From Selaginella moellendorffii (lineage: Eukaryota; Plantae; Lycopodiophyta), in the NCBI RefSeq assembly GCF_000143415.4, contig NW_003314397.1, forward strand, positions 1-64,000: a DNA stretch of 64,000 bases, read 5' to 3'. Each line of letters starts with the position of its first letter. Position 1 is the first letter of the stretch. Positions 50,294 through 60,472 of the stretch are shown here, in pieces. The notes below the pieces were generated by a model that was given only the letters and a program-made list of their open reading frames with translations, was not told where the DNA came from and searched no databases. Both the position numbers and the translations under genes were made by a program.

Positions 50294-52241
50294 ATGGACG
50301 TGGAAATTCTACTGGAGTTCAAGCAAGGCATGTTGCAAAGCAATTCTACCTTTTCTAACTGGCATGAAGGAAGCAAGGATGGGATTTGCAGCTGGAGAGG
50401 CATTAGTTGCAATTCTGAACGCCAAGTAGTGTCCATACATCTATCCTCTGTGGATCTTGATGAAGCCTTGGTGGGAACTCTCACGCCAAGGCTTGGGCAG
50501 CTTTCATATCTTTCAGAGCTGGATCTATCGCTTAACAAAATAACGGGGCAAATTCCTACCACTCTCGGCAATTGCTCCTCACTCACAAAGCTCAACTTGG
50601 GAGGGAACCAATTGACTGGCCATACCGGCAACATTAGGCCAGCTCCAGAATCTCACTGAGATCTCGCTATCTGATAATGTCTTGAGCGGGTCTATTCCAT
50701 CGAGTGTTGGGAACTGCTCCAAGCTGCGGGTCCTCGATCTGGCACAAAACAACTTAACAGGCTCTATATCTCCATCACTGGGTAAGCTAAAAAAACTGGA
50801 AAAATTATCACTAGTTACAAACAATTTGGAGGGGCTTATACCAATCACTCTTGGAAACCTTTCGCGCCCCACAGAATTAGACATGTCTTGGAACCGTCTA
50901 TGTGGCCCATTACCTGACTCTTTTGATGGTCTTCGTAGGCTAGAGAGGTTCATACTATCGTGAAACTATCTGAACGGATCGATTCCTTCAGATATGATGG
51001 TGGGCATGACATATTTAAAGCACCTAGAGCTACAACTTTACAGGAAACATTCCCATGTTTAATGCGTCTTCTCCCGTTGTGGAATGCTTCCTGTCAGACT
51101 GTTAACGTCCAAGCGATCTTCTCCCGTTGTGCTGCTTCGCTTGGACGTTAACAGTCTGACAGGAAGCATTCCGCATTCAATCACAGCGCTCAAAACTCTC
51201 CAGCAATTCATGGAAGCATTCCAAAAGGCATTAGTCTTGAGAGACTTGACTTGAGTAAGGAAGTTCCTCCACTCAACAAATGTACCAAGCTTGGCTATCT
51301 CGACCTCCACGGAAACCCAATATGGAGCAGACTGCCAACGTTTGGTGCATGCACTAACCTGGTTTACTTGGATCTCTCAACGAACAAGTTCCAGGGAGAG
51401 ATTAGCTCAAGGCTAGAAAATTGCTCCCAGCGCAAGGTTGTCAACTTTGCGCAGAACAATTTCACGGGTGAGGTGTGGCTGGACGTGAGTAACTTAACAA
51501 GCTTGGTCTTCTTTGTCATTTCCAACAACACGTTGAGTGGCACCATTCCAGTCAAAAGCTTGAGTTCCACTTACCTACTATAGTTGATTAGACCATAGTA
51601 GGAACCATTTCACAGGCGAGATCCCTCAAGAAATTTGCAGCTTATGATGTTTGGCCAGATTCCAGCTTGCATCACCAATCTCATTTGGCTCCAAAATCTG
51701 TCAAACAATAAGCTCACAGGGCAGCTGCCAGGCAACCTTTGGAAGTTTCATGGTTTCAAGGGCAACGGATTTGAATCTTGGCATTTACACAGGGGTTCGG
51801 TTGAGCCTGGTCATCATAGTCAACGGCGTAAGGGTACAGTTTGATCGGACAACCATCGTTGCAAACAACATGACTTCATTGGGCATCTCAAGCAACTCTC
51901 TCAACGGTGAAGAAATTGGGCAACTGGTTGGACTAATGTATCTCAACCTCTCGCACAACCAGTTCACCGGTGCCATACCTCTCAATCTTTCCAGCTTGAA
52001 AAAGCTTCAGTCTCTTGACTTGTCGTGGAACATGCTCCAAGGCAGGATCCCAAACGAGTTTGGGGAATTGCCTTTGTCAGCCTTTAATGTTTCATTCAAC
52101 AACTTAAGCAGATTGGTCCCAACTGCTTACAATATCAACACTCGATCACTTGCATTCCAAGGCAATAAGACTTCCTCTGCCACGAAGCTTTGTGGGCATT
52201 TGGCTGCGGTGTGTTTATTGGCTTTTGGGTCACATTTTTAG
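50294..52241 (+). pseudogene. LRR receptor-like protein pseudogene
   Basis: LRRNT (CSWRGISC), plant eLRRs (LDLS.N.L.G.IP), island domain and final LRRs (FNVSFNNLS), split across several frames with stops. Confidence 0.88.
51081..51172. repeat. 36-bp perfect inverted repeat with 20-nt loop
   Basis: 51081-51116 is the exact reverse complement of 51137-51172. Confidence 0.95.
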
Positions 52242-54105
52242 GCATCACGTGGGACATCCTTCAAATTCGGAAGTATAAGCTTCGAGCAAAGGACATATAT
52301 TAGCCTCATCATTACTTTTCCTCCATCATTTCTTCCTCGTCTTGACAGTTCTTAAAAAATGCTAACTTGTCGCCAATTCCACATGGCTACTTTACTTTGA
52401 TCAAAGTCTCTCTCTTCCTTAAGAGGGCCACTTTCCACTGCATTGTGCAGCCAACACGAAGCTATCCTGACCTGGAGCATATCTCCAAGGCTAATCCCTT
52501 CATTATCTATGATCAACGACTTCATGGAGTTCAATTGCCTGTGTCTGGGTTTGCTTTTGTAACGCACTACTTGACTAACTTTTGTCAGTTTTTTTTCTCG
52601 TTTTTAATTCACCACGACCTAATCAGCTTTTGTTCTGCTACACTTGCCAAGTGCTTTTGTAAGTCTCATGGGAGCAGCAGCGTTCGTCCAAGAACTCTTC
52701 CTCTTTCATTGGCATTCCACGGATCATGTCGGCATGGAAGGACATTATGCTTCTACAGCTCATGGTGACTATGTATGTTCTCAAGCCTCATGGAAGTGTT
52801 TGTGCCACAGAATCACAATGCCGTGATGATAAAGTTTTCAAAGTCAATTTGTATCATCTTTGATGGCATTTCGCTGCTTCAGCTCTCGTTACTTCTTGTG
52901 TTCCCAACAATGTTCCTGCCTCTGTGTTTGTTCGTCACCACCAGTGGCAGTGAAAACCTTGTCAGCCAGTCCAAACTATGGGAACATTACTTTTCAGTTC
53001 CTTTGTTGATGGTAAGGAAGTGCAATATCCTATGCTGTTATTGAGAGAAAAGCTCTATACACTAACTATTAGTATATGGAATGAACAGGATGAAGAGCAA
53101 CCATAACTTCACTTAATAAGAAATTTATTATGTTTGGTTCAGTTTTGTGCATACATCTTTTGTGCTGTATGCACAAAAGTGACTCTCTTACACTCTAACT
53201 ATATATGAAAGATAGATTTTTCTTTTTATATTTAATATAAAGCTAATATCTCATTTTTACTTATAATGTTTTTAAATATAATGCTTAAAAGTGAAAAGAT
53301 ACCAACATTATTGATTTCAAAATATTTTAAATTTTTATATTACAATTAACCTTTATATGTTTAATTTTTTGGTTTGCTTAAGCAAACCTGTTGGGATATA
53401 TCTAGAATATACTTGGATATTCTAGGATATTGTACTATTTAATGGTTGTTATTAATTTAGATTATTCTTTCATTTATAATAAACTTCCATTTGATGAATT
53501 GAATTAATAAATAAAAATAACATTACTATTAAAAAAACCAAGTGCAATGCACAGAAAATTATTTTAAAGGTTGAGATTATCCTCTCAATGAACTAAACTA
53601 AATTTAAGTGGTATCTAACAAATATCAACAATAATCACCAATTGAAAAAAGAGAGATACACTTAAATATAAAATATACTATATAAAATATTGCTCAAATA
53701 TTAGTACTTAAAAACATATTTTAATGTGGTTTAAACTTTAAATATAAACAAAAATCATTATGTCTTTATTAGTTTTATACTTATTAATTTAATATCAAAT
53801 TATAAATTTCACACCCGTAAGATATAATGTGGGTTTAGATTTTCATATAACTATGGGAGTAAGTTTCACTTTATTAAGGTCTATATTTAAGTTTAATCTG
53901 AGTATAGTTTTTCAATTATTGATGTATATAAGCATAAGTAATATTGATAGCATACCAAATAGCATTATTCTAAATGTAAAAGATAAAGATAAATTCTGAT
54001 GAAATACTTGAATAATTATTACTTTTGAAATTCTCCATTTATAGATTTTTTAAAATTACCTAATTAAGCCAAGTAGCCCTAATTGAAAGGATCTCACCTA
54101 CCGCC

Positions 54106-54226
54106 CACGTGTCCACCATCCCAAGCTCCAATGCACTGCCACGCGTCGGTCTTGCAAGGGCCCACATGCACGCATGCAGACGGAGACAAGTGGCCCCAAT
54201 GGGCTTGGTCCGGGATCACACGTGGC
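54106..54226 (+). promoter_or_regulatory. ABRE/G-box + CE3-like + RY-core cluster in the MFT promoter
   Basis: CACGTGTC 54106, GCCACGCGT 54138, CATGCA 54165 and 54173, CACGTGGC 54219. Confidence 0.55.
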
Positions 54227-54463
54227 AGGCCCTGGTTGCTCCGGAGCGAGGTTTCACGCACACATACACGGCGGCTTAAAAAATAACCAGTCTTTTTGGC
54301 CGCGCTCTCTCTACGTTTCACAAGCTCACCTCGCCTACAAGGGGAGAAGGAATTTTTTTTAGCTCTAGCGATTTCTCTTGTAAGGTTTCGGTGGCGTTGG
54401 GTTCAAGCTAGGAATTGTTTTGGTAGCTAGCTAGCGATCGATTGTTCTTGGGGAAGAAGAGAG

Positions 54464-55219
54464 ATGGGGAGATCCATGGATCCGCTGGTGCTAGGGCGAG
54501 TGATCGGCGACGTGCTGGATATGTTCGTTCCGGCCGTGGATATGAGCGTTTGCTATGGTAGCAAACAAGTCAACAATGGCTGCGAGCTCAAGCCTTCAGC
54601 CACTCAAGCTCGCCCCATTGTCCAAGTTGGATCTCCTCACGAGGAAGGCGCGCTCTACACTCTCGTAATCAATCTCACCTCCATAGCTACCGTCTTCTCT
54701 TCTTTCGATCTCTTCCCCATAGCTAGAGAACTTGATGCTACCACCCTTTGTTCTTAAACAGGTGATGGTCGACCCGGATGCTCCGAGTCCCAGCGAGCCA
54801 TCAATGCGAGAATGGGTGCACTGGTTAGTTCCAAAGCTTCCATTTTTGCTTCTCCTTCGATATGAATCTGGAGTTTTCTACCCAGGATCGTCGCGGACAT
54901 CCCCGGTGGAGCCGACGCTAGCCAAGGTATGATCACTCCTTGCATTGTCACGTAAGTTCCAGCTTGGTTTTCTCTCTTGTTCGCTGCTCCATCTCCAGGG
55001 AGAGAGATCCTCCAGTACATCGGCCCCAAGCCCCCGACTGGAATCCATAGGTACATCTTCGTGGTCTTCCGGCAAATGGGACCAGTTCTCATGCTTCCAC
55101 CGCTCATGAGGAACAACTTCAGCACTCGTTGGTTCGCGCAGGAGTACTTCCTGGGACTTCCAGTCGGCGCAGTCTACTACAATGCGCAGAAGGAGCCAGC
55201 CAGCCGGAGGAGAACCTGA
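54464..55219 (+). CDS. MFT: PEBP family, MOTHER OF FT AND TFL1-like (exons 54464-54664, 54762-54823, 54886-54926, 54999-55219; 174 aa)
   Basis: [14 protein letters not shown] (Trp at the FT-Y85/TFL1-H88 position), GIHRY and NAQKEP (MFT-type Pro). Conserved 62- and 41-nt internal exons. Confidence 0.93.
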
Positions 55220-55841
55220 TCTTGGCCCGAGCTTTCTTTCTCTAGTCGGCATCTCTCGAGAAACAGCAGCGAGGGAGGAGAGCTCGTCGAAAAAAACCGC
55301 TGCTTTCATCACCAACTTGTTCACTGCACTGATACCACTGCGGAAAGATCGTCCTCTTCACAGAACTGCTGATTTCCTTCTCTCCTCCTTTTCCTTTTTC
55401 TCCTGTTCCCAGATCTTTTGCAGTGGTATGGCCTCCCCACCCCGGAAGCAGCTCGAGAATAAATCCTGAGCAGAATCGCTGGAAAAAAAATGAGTGTGAG
55501 ACGACCCGAGAAAAGAGAGACAATATCAAATCTTCCGTAGAGTTCCCAGAGGAGGACGATGGTCCATGGAAGAATATTATAATTGTTAAGATGGATGGAG
55601 AGAGAGATGGACCTGCCTGTAAAGTAATGATAAATAGGTGTCAAAAGCTTTCACGGATCTTGTTAGACGTTATCAAATCAAAATGTGACGCACTAGTTTG
55701 TCCGAAAAAATCGTACTTCTCTACGTGTAGAGAGACATTGTTGTTGGGATCTCGATGACTGACTGTTGGACCAGCAAAGCCTTGTATTCGTGTCTCCCCG
55801 ATAGTAACTATCGAGCTTTCCCTACGAGAACAAAAATGGAG

Positions 55842-57368
55842 TCAGCACTCGCGGAACAGTGGCCGAGAAAAAGAAGTCCCACCTTTTTTGCTGGACGAAC
55901 AGGTGTTGCTGTTCTTCCGGGAATCTCTTATGTATCCACTACTCTCGAGGAGAGACCGTGCGGCATTGTTGATGTGCTTGAATCTGTCCGGACCGAGTAG
56001 GATCCCTCCAAACCACCTCGAGACCACCACCACCTTGCATAAAATCAATCAGTGGAAGCTTTGGTGGGTTGGAATCTCCGTGGGGAACAAGGAAAGCAAA
56101 AGCTGCAGTTATAGCTTACCACGTCAATGGCGCCTACGATCTGGAGGAGATGCAATAGCCGGTTTCCAGCAGCGGTTTCTCCATCGTCGTCATAGTCTTG
56201 AAGTACCTGACACGGCAAGGCGAGAGAAAGAAGTTAGCAATCCCTTGACAAACACCGAAGTTATCGCAGTTATCGCCAAGGGTCACGTCAACTTTACAGT
56301 GTTTTTGTCGGGAAGAACGATGCGAAAGGCCATTATGTTGTGAGTTGCCCCTGAAATCTTCCTGTTTCGCAGAAGTGCTTCCATTACCGTCTCCACCTCA
56401 TCGGCCGAGTGGACGGGCGCCAGGTGCGCTTGGAAAGTACCTGATAGTCACGACAACTATCTCAGCAACGCAATCAACGAAACAACAACGACGCTCGTAT
56501 ATTTTATAATCACGTACTCTTCTTCTCTGTGAAGGGACACCCGTGAATAATGCCATGGAGTTTGTCCAGTTCCTCCACGTTGAGCTCAGCCGGAACATCC
56601 TCGGGCTTTTCAAACCTGCGCGCGCAGCACACTACAGAAAATTAAAAGAGATTCCGCAGGAAACGAAAAACGAGATTTACGGCTGGAATAACTGAGCTGC
56701 TGCAGTCCCCGAATCGTTTACTGGCAAGAAAGAAAAAAAGAGAGACAAAACTCAAGACAAAAGCTTGCTTTGGCTGGAAAAATAGCGTACCTGTCTCTTT
56801 AGTACTTGCAGCAAGTGCCGTCCGTTTCTCGCAATTCCATAGCCAGTGTTGTTCCTACAACCAGAGAGGAAGACGTAAGCTACGACATAGATTCTTCTAC
56901 CTACCTTCATCCACTCTATCCATTTGAAAACAATCACTTCTCCGTCACTGCTCGAGTACAACTCGTGAAATCCACTGACAACTTTGTCGCGGTCCTGTTC
57001 CGACAGCCACGCGGCTTCAGCTTCAAAAGTCGGTTCACTGTGTGACGGATATTCGTCCGGGAAATAAACGCCAAGCTTCACAGCCAAACCTCCCGACTCT
57101 TCTTCACTCGGGTAGACAGAAATCTGCCAAAGAATACCAAGTTGGCCGGCTCAAAACCGCTCACCACGTTCATATGACAACCAAATACCTCACAGAAGTG
57201 TTCGTGCTCGTGAACAACGATATCCTCTCCATAAATGTAGCGGAGAGCTTCCAATTCTTCAGCTTGAGCTGCTCTGTTAGCTACACCACCACCCAAAACA
57301 AAACAAAGAGTCAGTCTCACACCAGAGAATGAAGCATCAAGCATACCTTGGACAGAAGCCGGATCCAT
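55842..57368 (-). CDS. IMPACT: IMPACT/Yih1-like protein (RWD + UPF0029 ancient domain), multi-exon
   Basis: RWD: EELEALRYIY, FPDEYPS, VIVFKWIEW. Ancient domain: EKKSTFQAH, ATHNIMAFR, DDDGETAAG.RLL.LL, VVVSRWFGGILLGPDRFKHINN. Linker splicing is uncertain. Confidence 0.85.
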
Positions 57369-57397
57369 GAAAAAGCCCTAGGAGAAAAGCAGCCAAG

Positions 57398-60010
57398 TCA
57401 CCAGAAATCTCCACAGGAGCAGTGCCCGTCTCGAAAAGCATGGACACAACTTATGTCCTTGCAGACGACCAAACGGCCTCCTCCCCCTTGTCTGGAGATG
57501 GCGGCTAAAACGTCGTGACAATCGCCGCAAACTCTTCCACTCTTGGAGATCCGGATGTCTGTTCCAGCCGCTGTGTTTACCAGAGCACAACCAGCAGCAA
57601 ATCTCTCGCTCTGCTCGCAAACTTGATCATCGTTCCTCGTCTTGTCACCCAGGAAAAGGCTCAACTTCGCGACGATCTCTTCCATTTGAGGATGCTCCAT
57701 CTTCTTCTCTTTCTCCGAAGAAAATCTGTGAACTGTTCCAGCGGCATCGACCCATGACGAGCTCTGTCCCTGTGCTCGGCTCAAAGACTTCGTCGCCATC
57801 GCCTTTCGGACTGCTGCTCGCTGCTCCCACATCCCAGCCCCGGCGTAGATATTCGACATGAGCACGAAAGGCGATGGATCGCCATCCTCCTTCGGTACCG
57901 AGTCAAACGCAAGCTTGCCAACTTCTACGTTCTTCCACTTGAAACAAGCCCCCAGCACTGTAATCCACGCGACTTTGCTTGAATCGCGAGAGATTCTCTT
58001 GGCCATGCTCGCTGCCTCTTCCAGACGATTCGCTCGGCTCAGAAGATCCACCATGCTGGTGCAGTGCTCCACGCCGGGTTGGACACCATATCTAGAGTTC
58101 ATTGTCTCAAAGAAGCTCTTGCCTTCCTCCACCAGGCCAGCATGGCTGTAGGACGCGAGAACACAGAGGAGAGTGACGCCGTTCACTGAGCCAACTTCTT
58201 TCTCTGCGCTGACCAAAAGTTCCAGGACTCGTTCATTGTCTCCGCAGCAGCTGTATCCCGCGATCAAGGCGTTCCAAGTTACCAAGTCCCTCGCCTCCAG
58301 CGAATCAAACACCTCTTGTGCATCGCTCATACTACCGCACTTGGCGTAGAAGTCCACGATCGAGGATGCCACCGTGGGATCATTGTCAAGTCCGGAGATG
58401 CGAGCCTCGACGTGAAACTTTCGACCGGTTTCCAAAGCCACCATCGCCGCACAGGCTTTGAACACCCCGACAATCGTCCTGGTGCCTGGCTTGAAGCCTT
58501 CGTGCTGCATGACCGAGAAGTACTTGAGAGCCGGTTCACACTCGTCGTTTTGTGCAAGTCCCAGTATCATGGAGTTCCAGGAGACTAGATCTCGCTCCAG
58601 CATCGCGTCAAACACTTCCCGAGCTCGCTGGATGTTGCCACACTTCGCGTACATATCCACGAGAGCATTCTCCACAAAAGCATTCGGGAGCTTCACTATC
58701 TTTGCGAGCTTAGAGTGAATTGCCGTACCTTTCTGCAAGACGAGGCTCTTCTTGAACTTCCCTTCCACACGCTTGCCTTCTCTCGCCGCGAGGCTACTGC
58801 AAGCACCAAGAGCGGCGACGAAAGCTGGAGCGTCTGGCCTGATCCCTTCCTCTTGCATGCGAGCAAACATCTGGAGAGCGAGCTCGCCATTCCCAGCTTG
58901 AGCAGTTCCGGATATCATACTCGTCCACGCGAGTGCGTCGCGACGATGCATCCTCTCAAACACCAGCCTTGCATCTTCCAAGCTCCCACATTTGACGTAC
59001 ATATCCACGAGCGAGCTCTCCAAGACCATGTCCGACTTGATCCCCAGCTTCTTGAGCTCGGTGTGGAGCGCTCTCCCTTTCTCCAGGCTCGCCAGAGCCA
59101 CTTCTCCATGACTTCCACTCGTCTCCTTCACTGCCAAGCTCGCGCAAGCCTTGAGAACCGCCACGAAAGTTGTGCCATCGGGAATGAAGCCTTCCTCCTT
59201 CATCCGCGAGAACAAGGCGAGAGCGAGCTCGGCCTCGCCGCAGTTACAGTGGCCCATGATGATCGCAGTCCAGGAAACCACGTCGTGGAACTCCATTTTG
59301 TCGAAGACGAGCTTGGCATTCTCCAGGCTTCCACACTTGGAGTACATATCCACGAGACCGCTGGAGACGAACACGTCCCCGGAGTACTGGTTCTTGACGA
59401 TCTCGGCATGGATCGCTGCTCCTCTTTCCAAAGTAGCCACCTTGACAAGCCTGCCACCTTCGACCACTGTCCCTTTCTCTCGAGCTGCGACCATGGAGCA
59501 GGCCTGGAGAGCTGCCAGATAAGTTCTCGCGTTTGGGAGAAGACCATCTTCCTGGATCCGCGAGAAGAGCTCGAGAGCTCCCTTGCCATCGCCGTTCTGG
59601 ACGTAACCTTTGATCATGGTGTTCCACGAGATGGCGTCGCGGCACTGGATCCCATCGAAGACCTTGCGAGCATCCGCGACGAGGCCAAAGTGCGCGTAGC
59701 TGTCGATCAGAGTGTTGGCCACCGACACGTCTCGATCGTTTTTGGTGGCGACGAGATCGCTGTGGAGGCTCATGAGATCCCATCTCTCGCTGCAAGCCTT
59801 GATCGCGAGCACGATCACTGGCACGCACGGCCGGATCCCACACTGGCGCATTCTTCCATAGGTATCCCGCGCCTTCTCCCCCTCGAGCAGCCGCTTGGTC
59901 ACGTACACGGGCTTGTCGGCTGTCCGGGACGGCGCCTTGAACCATTTGAGCGGCGCGAGCTGTGACAGGCGCTGCGTCGCTAGGATCGGCGATGGCCGGA
60001 AGACCGGCAT
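57398..60010 (-). CDS. PLS-class PPR protein with E and divergent DYW domain (870 aa, intronless)
   Basis: Repeated P-L-S motifs (LVDMYSKCGSLE.A..VF, DVVSWT.II), E domain, QSE/CGDCH and the end HAFRDGHCSCGDFW. Confidence 0.93.
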   Translation of the reverse strand: MPVFRPSPILATQRLSQLAPLKWFKAPSRTADKPVYVTKRLLEGEKARDTYGRMRQCGIRPCVPVIVLAIKACSERWDLMSLHSDLVATKNDRDVSVANTLIDSYAHFGLVADARKVFDGIQCRDAISWNTMIKGYVQNGDGKGALELFSRIQEDGLLPNARTYLAALQACSMVAAREKGTVVEGGRLVKVATLERGAAIHAEIVKNQYSGDVFVSSGLVDMYSKCGSLENAKLVFDKMEFHDVVSWTAIIMGHCNCGEAELALALFSRMKEEGFIPDGTTFVAVLKACASLAVKETSGSHGEVALASLEKGRALHTELKKLGIKSDMVLESSLVDMYVKCGSLEDARLVFERMHRRDALAWTSMISGTAQAGNGELALQMFARMQEEGIRPDAPAFVAALGACSSLAAREGKRVEGKFKKSLVLQKGTAIHSKLAKIVKLPNAFVENALVDMYAKCGNIQRAREVFDAMLERDLVSWNSMILGLAQNDECEPALKYFSVMQHEGFKPGTRTIVGVFKACAAMVALETGRKFHVEARISGLDNDPTVASSIVDFYAKCGSMSDAQEVFDSLEARDLVTWNALIAGYSCCGDNERVLELLVSAEKEVGSVNGVTLLCVLASYSHAGLVEEGKSFFETMNSRYGVQPGVEHCTSMVDLLSRANRLEEAASMAKRISRDSSKVAWITVLGACFKWKNVEVGKLAFDSVPKEDGDPSPFVLMSNIYAGAGMWEQRAAVRKAMATKSLSRAQGQSSSWVDAAGTVHRFSSEKEKKMEHPQMEEIVAKLSLFLGDKTRNDDQVCEQSERFAAGCALVNTAAGTDIRISKSGRVCGDCHDVLAAISRQGGGGRLVVCKDISCVHAFRDGHCSCGDFW

Positions 60011-60472
60011 TCGATCGAGAGAGAGGAGACTTACCGCGATGGCGATGGCGGCATTGCTCCTCCCAACAACCCTAGTTTTAGGGATTTGGCCCTCTCATAT
60101 AATTTGCCAGAGTTGGGTATTTTGGACGAGCAAGCGTTTTACTTGACTAGATCCAAACGAGCAGTGTTACGTCGTTAGAACTAACTTGAAAAACATAAAG
60201 AAACAATTTAAAATAGATGATTGAAAGAAAGCTTTATAGATGCTAAACTAAAGCTTAAGAGGACAACTGGAACAGTGAAAAGTCGCACTTGCCCGGGAAA
60301 GGCATTTAAAGGTTTCATAATAAACACAACTTCTGCAAAAGCTGGTCGATGTGTACGATCAAATGGAAAACAACCAACTGGCTGGACAAGATTCTCGTGG
60401 ATAAAGTGATGGTTCTATGGTTATAAGATCCGCATGGATCAATTCTCAGAGTGGGAAGAGACCTAAGAAATC

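Noticed and set aside
58715-59965. 416-aa plus-strand ORF opposite the PPR
   Set aside because: Antisense shadow of the PPR coding sequence.
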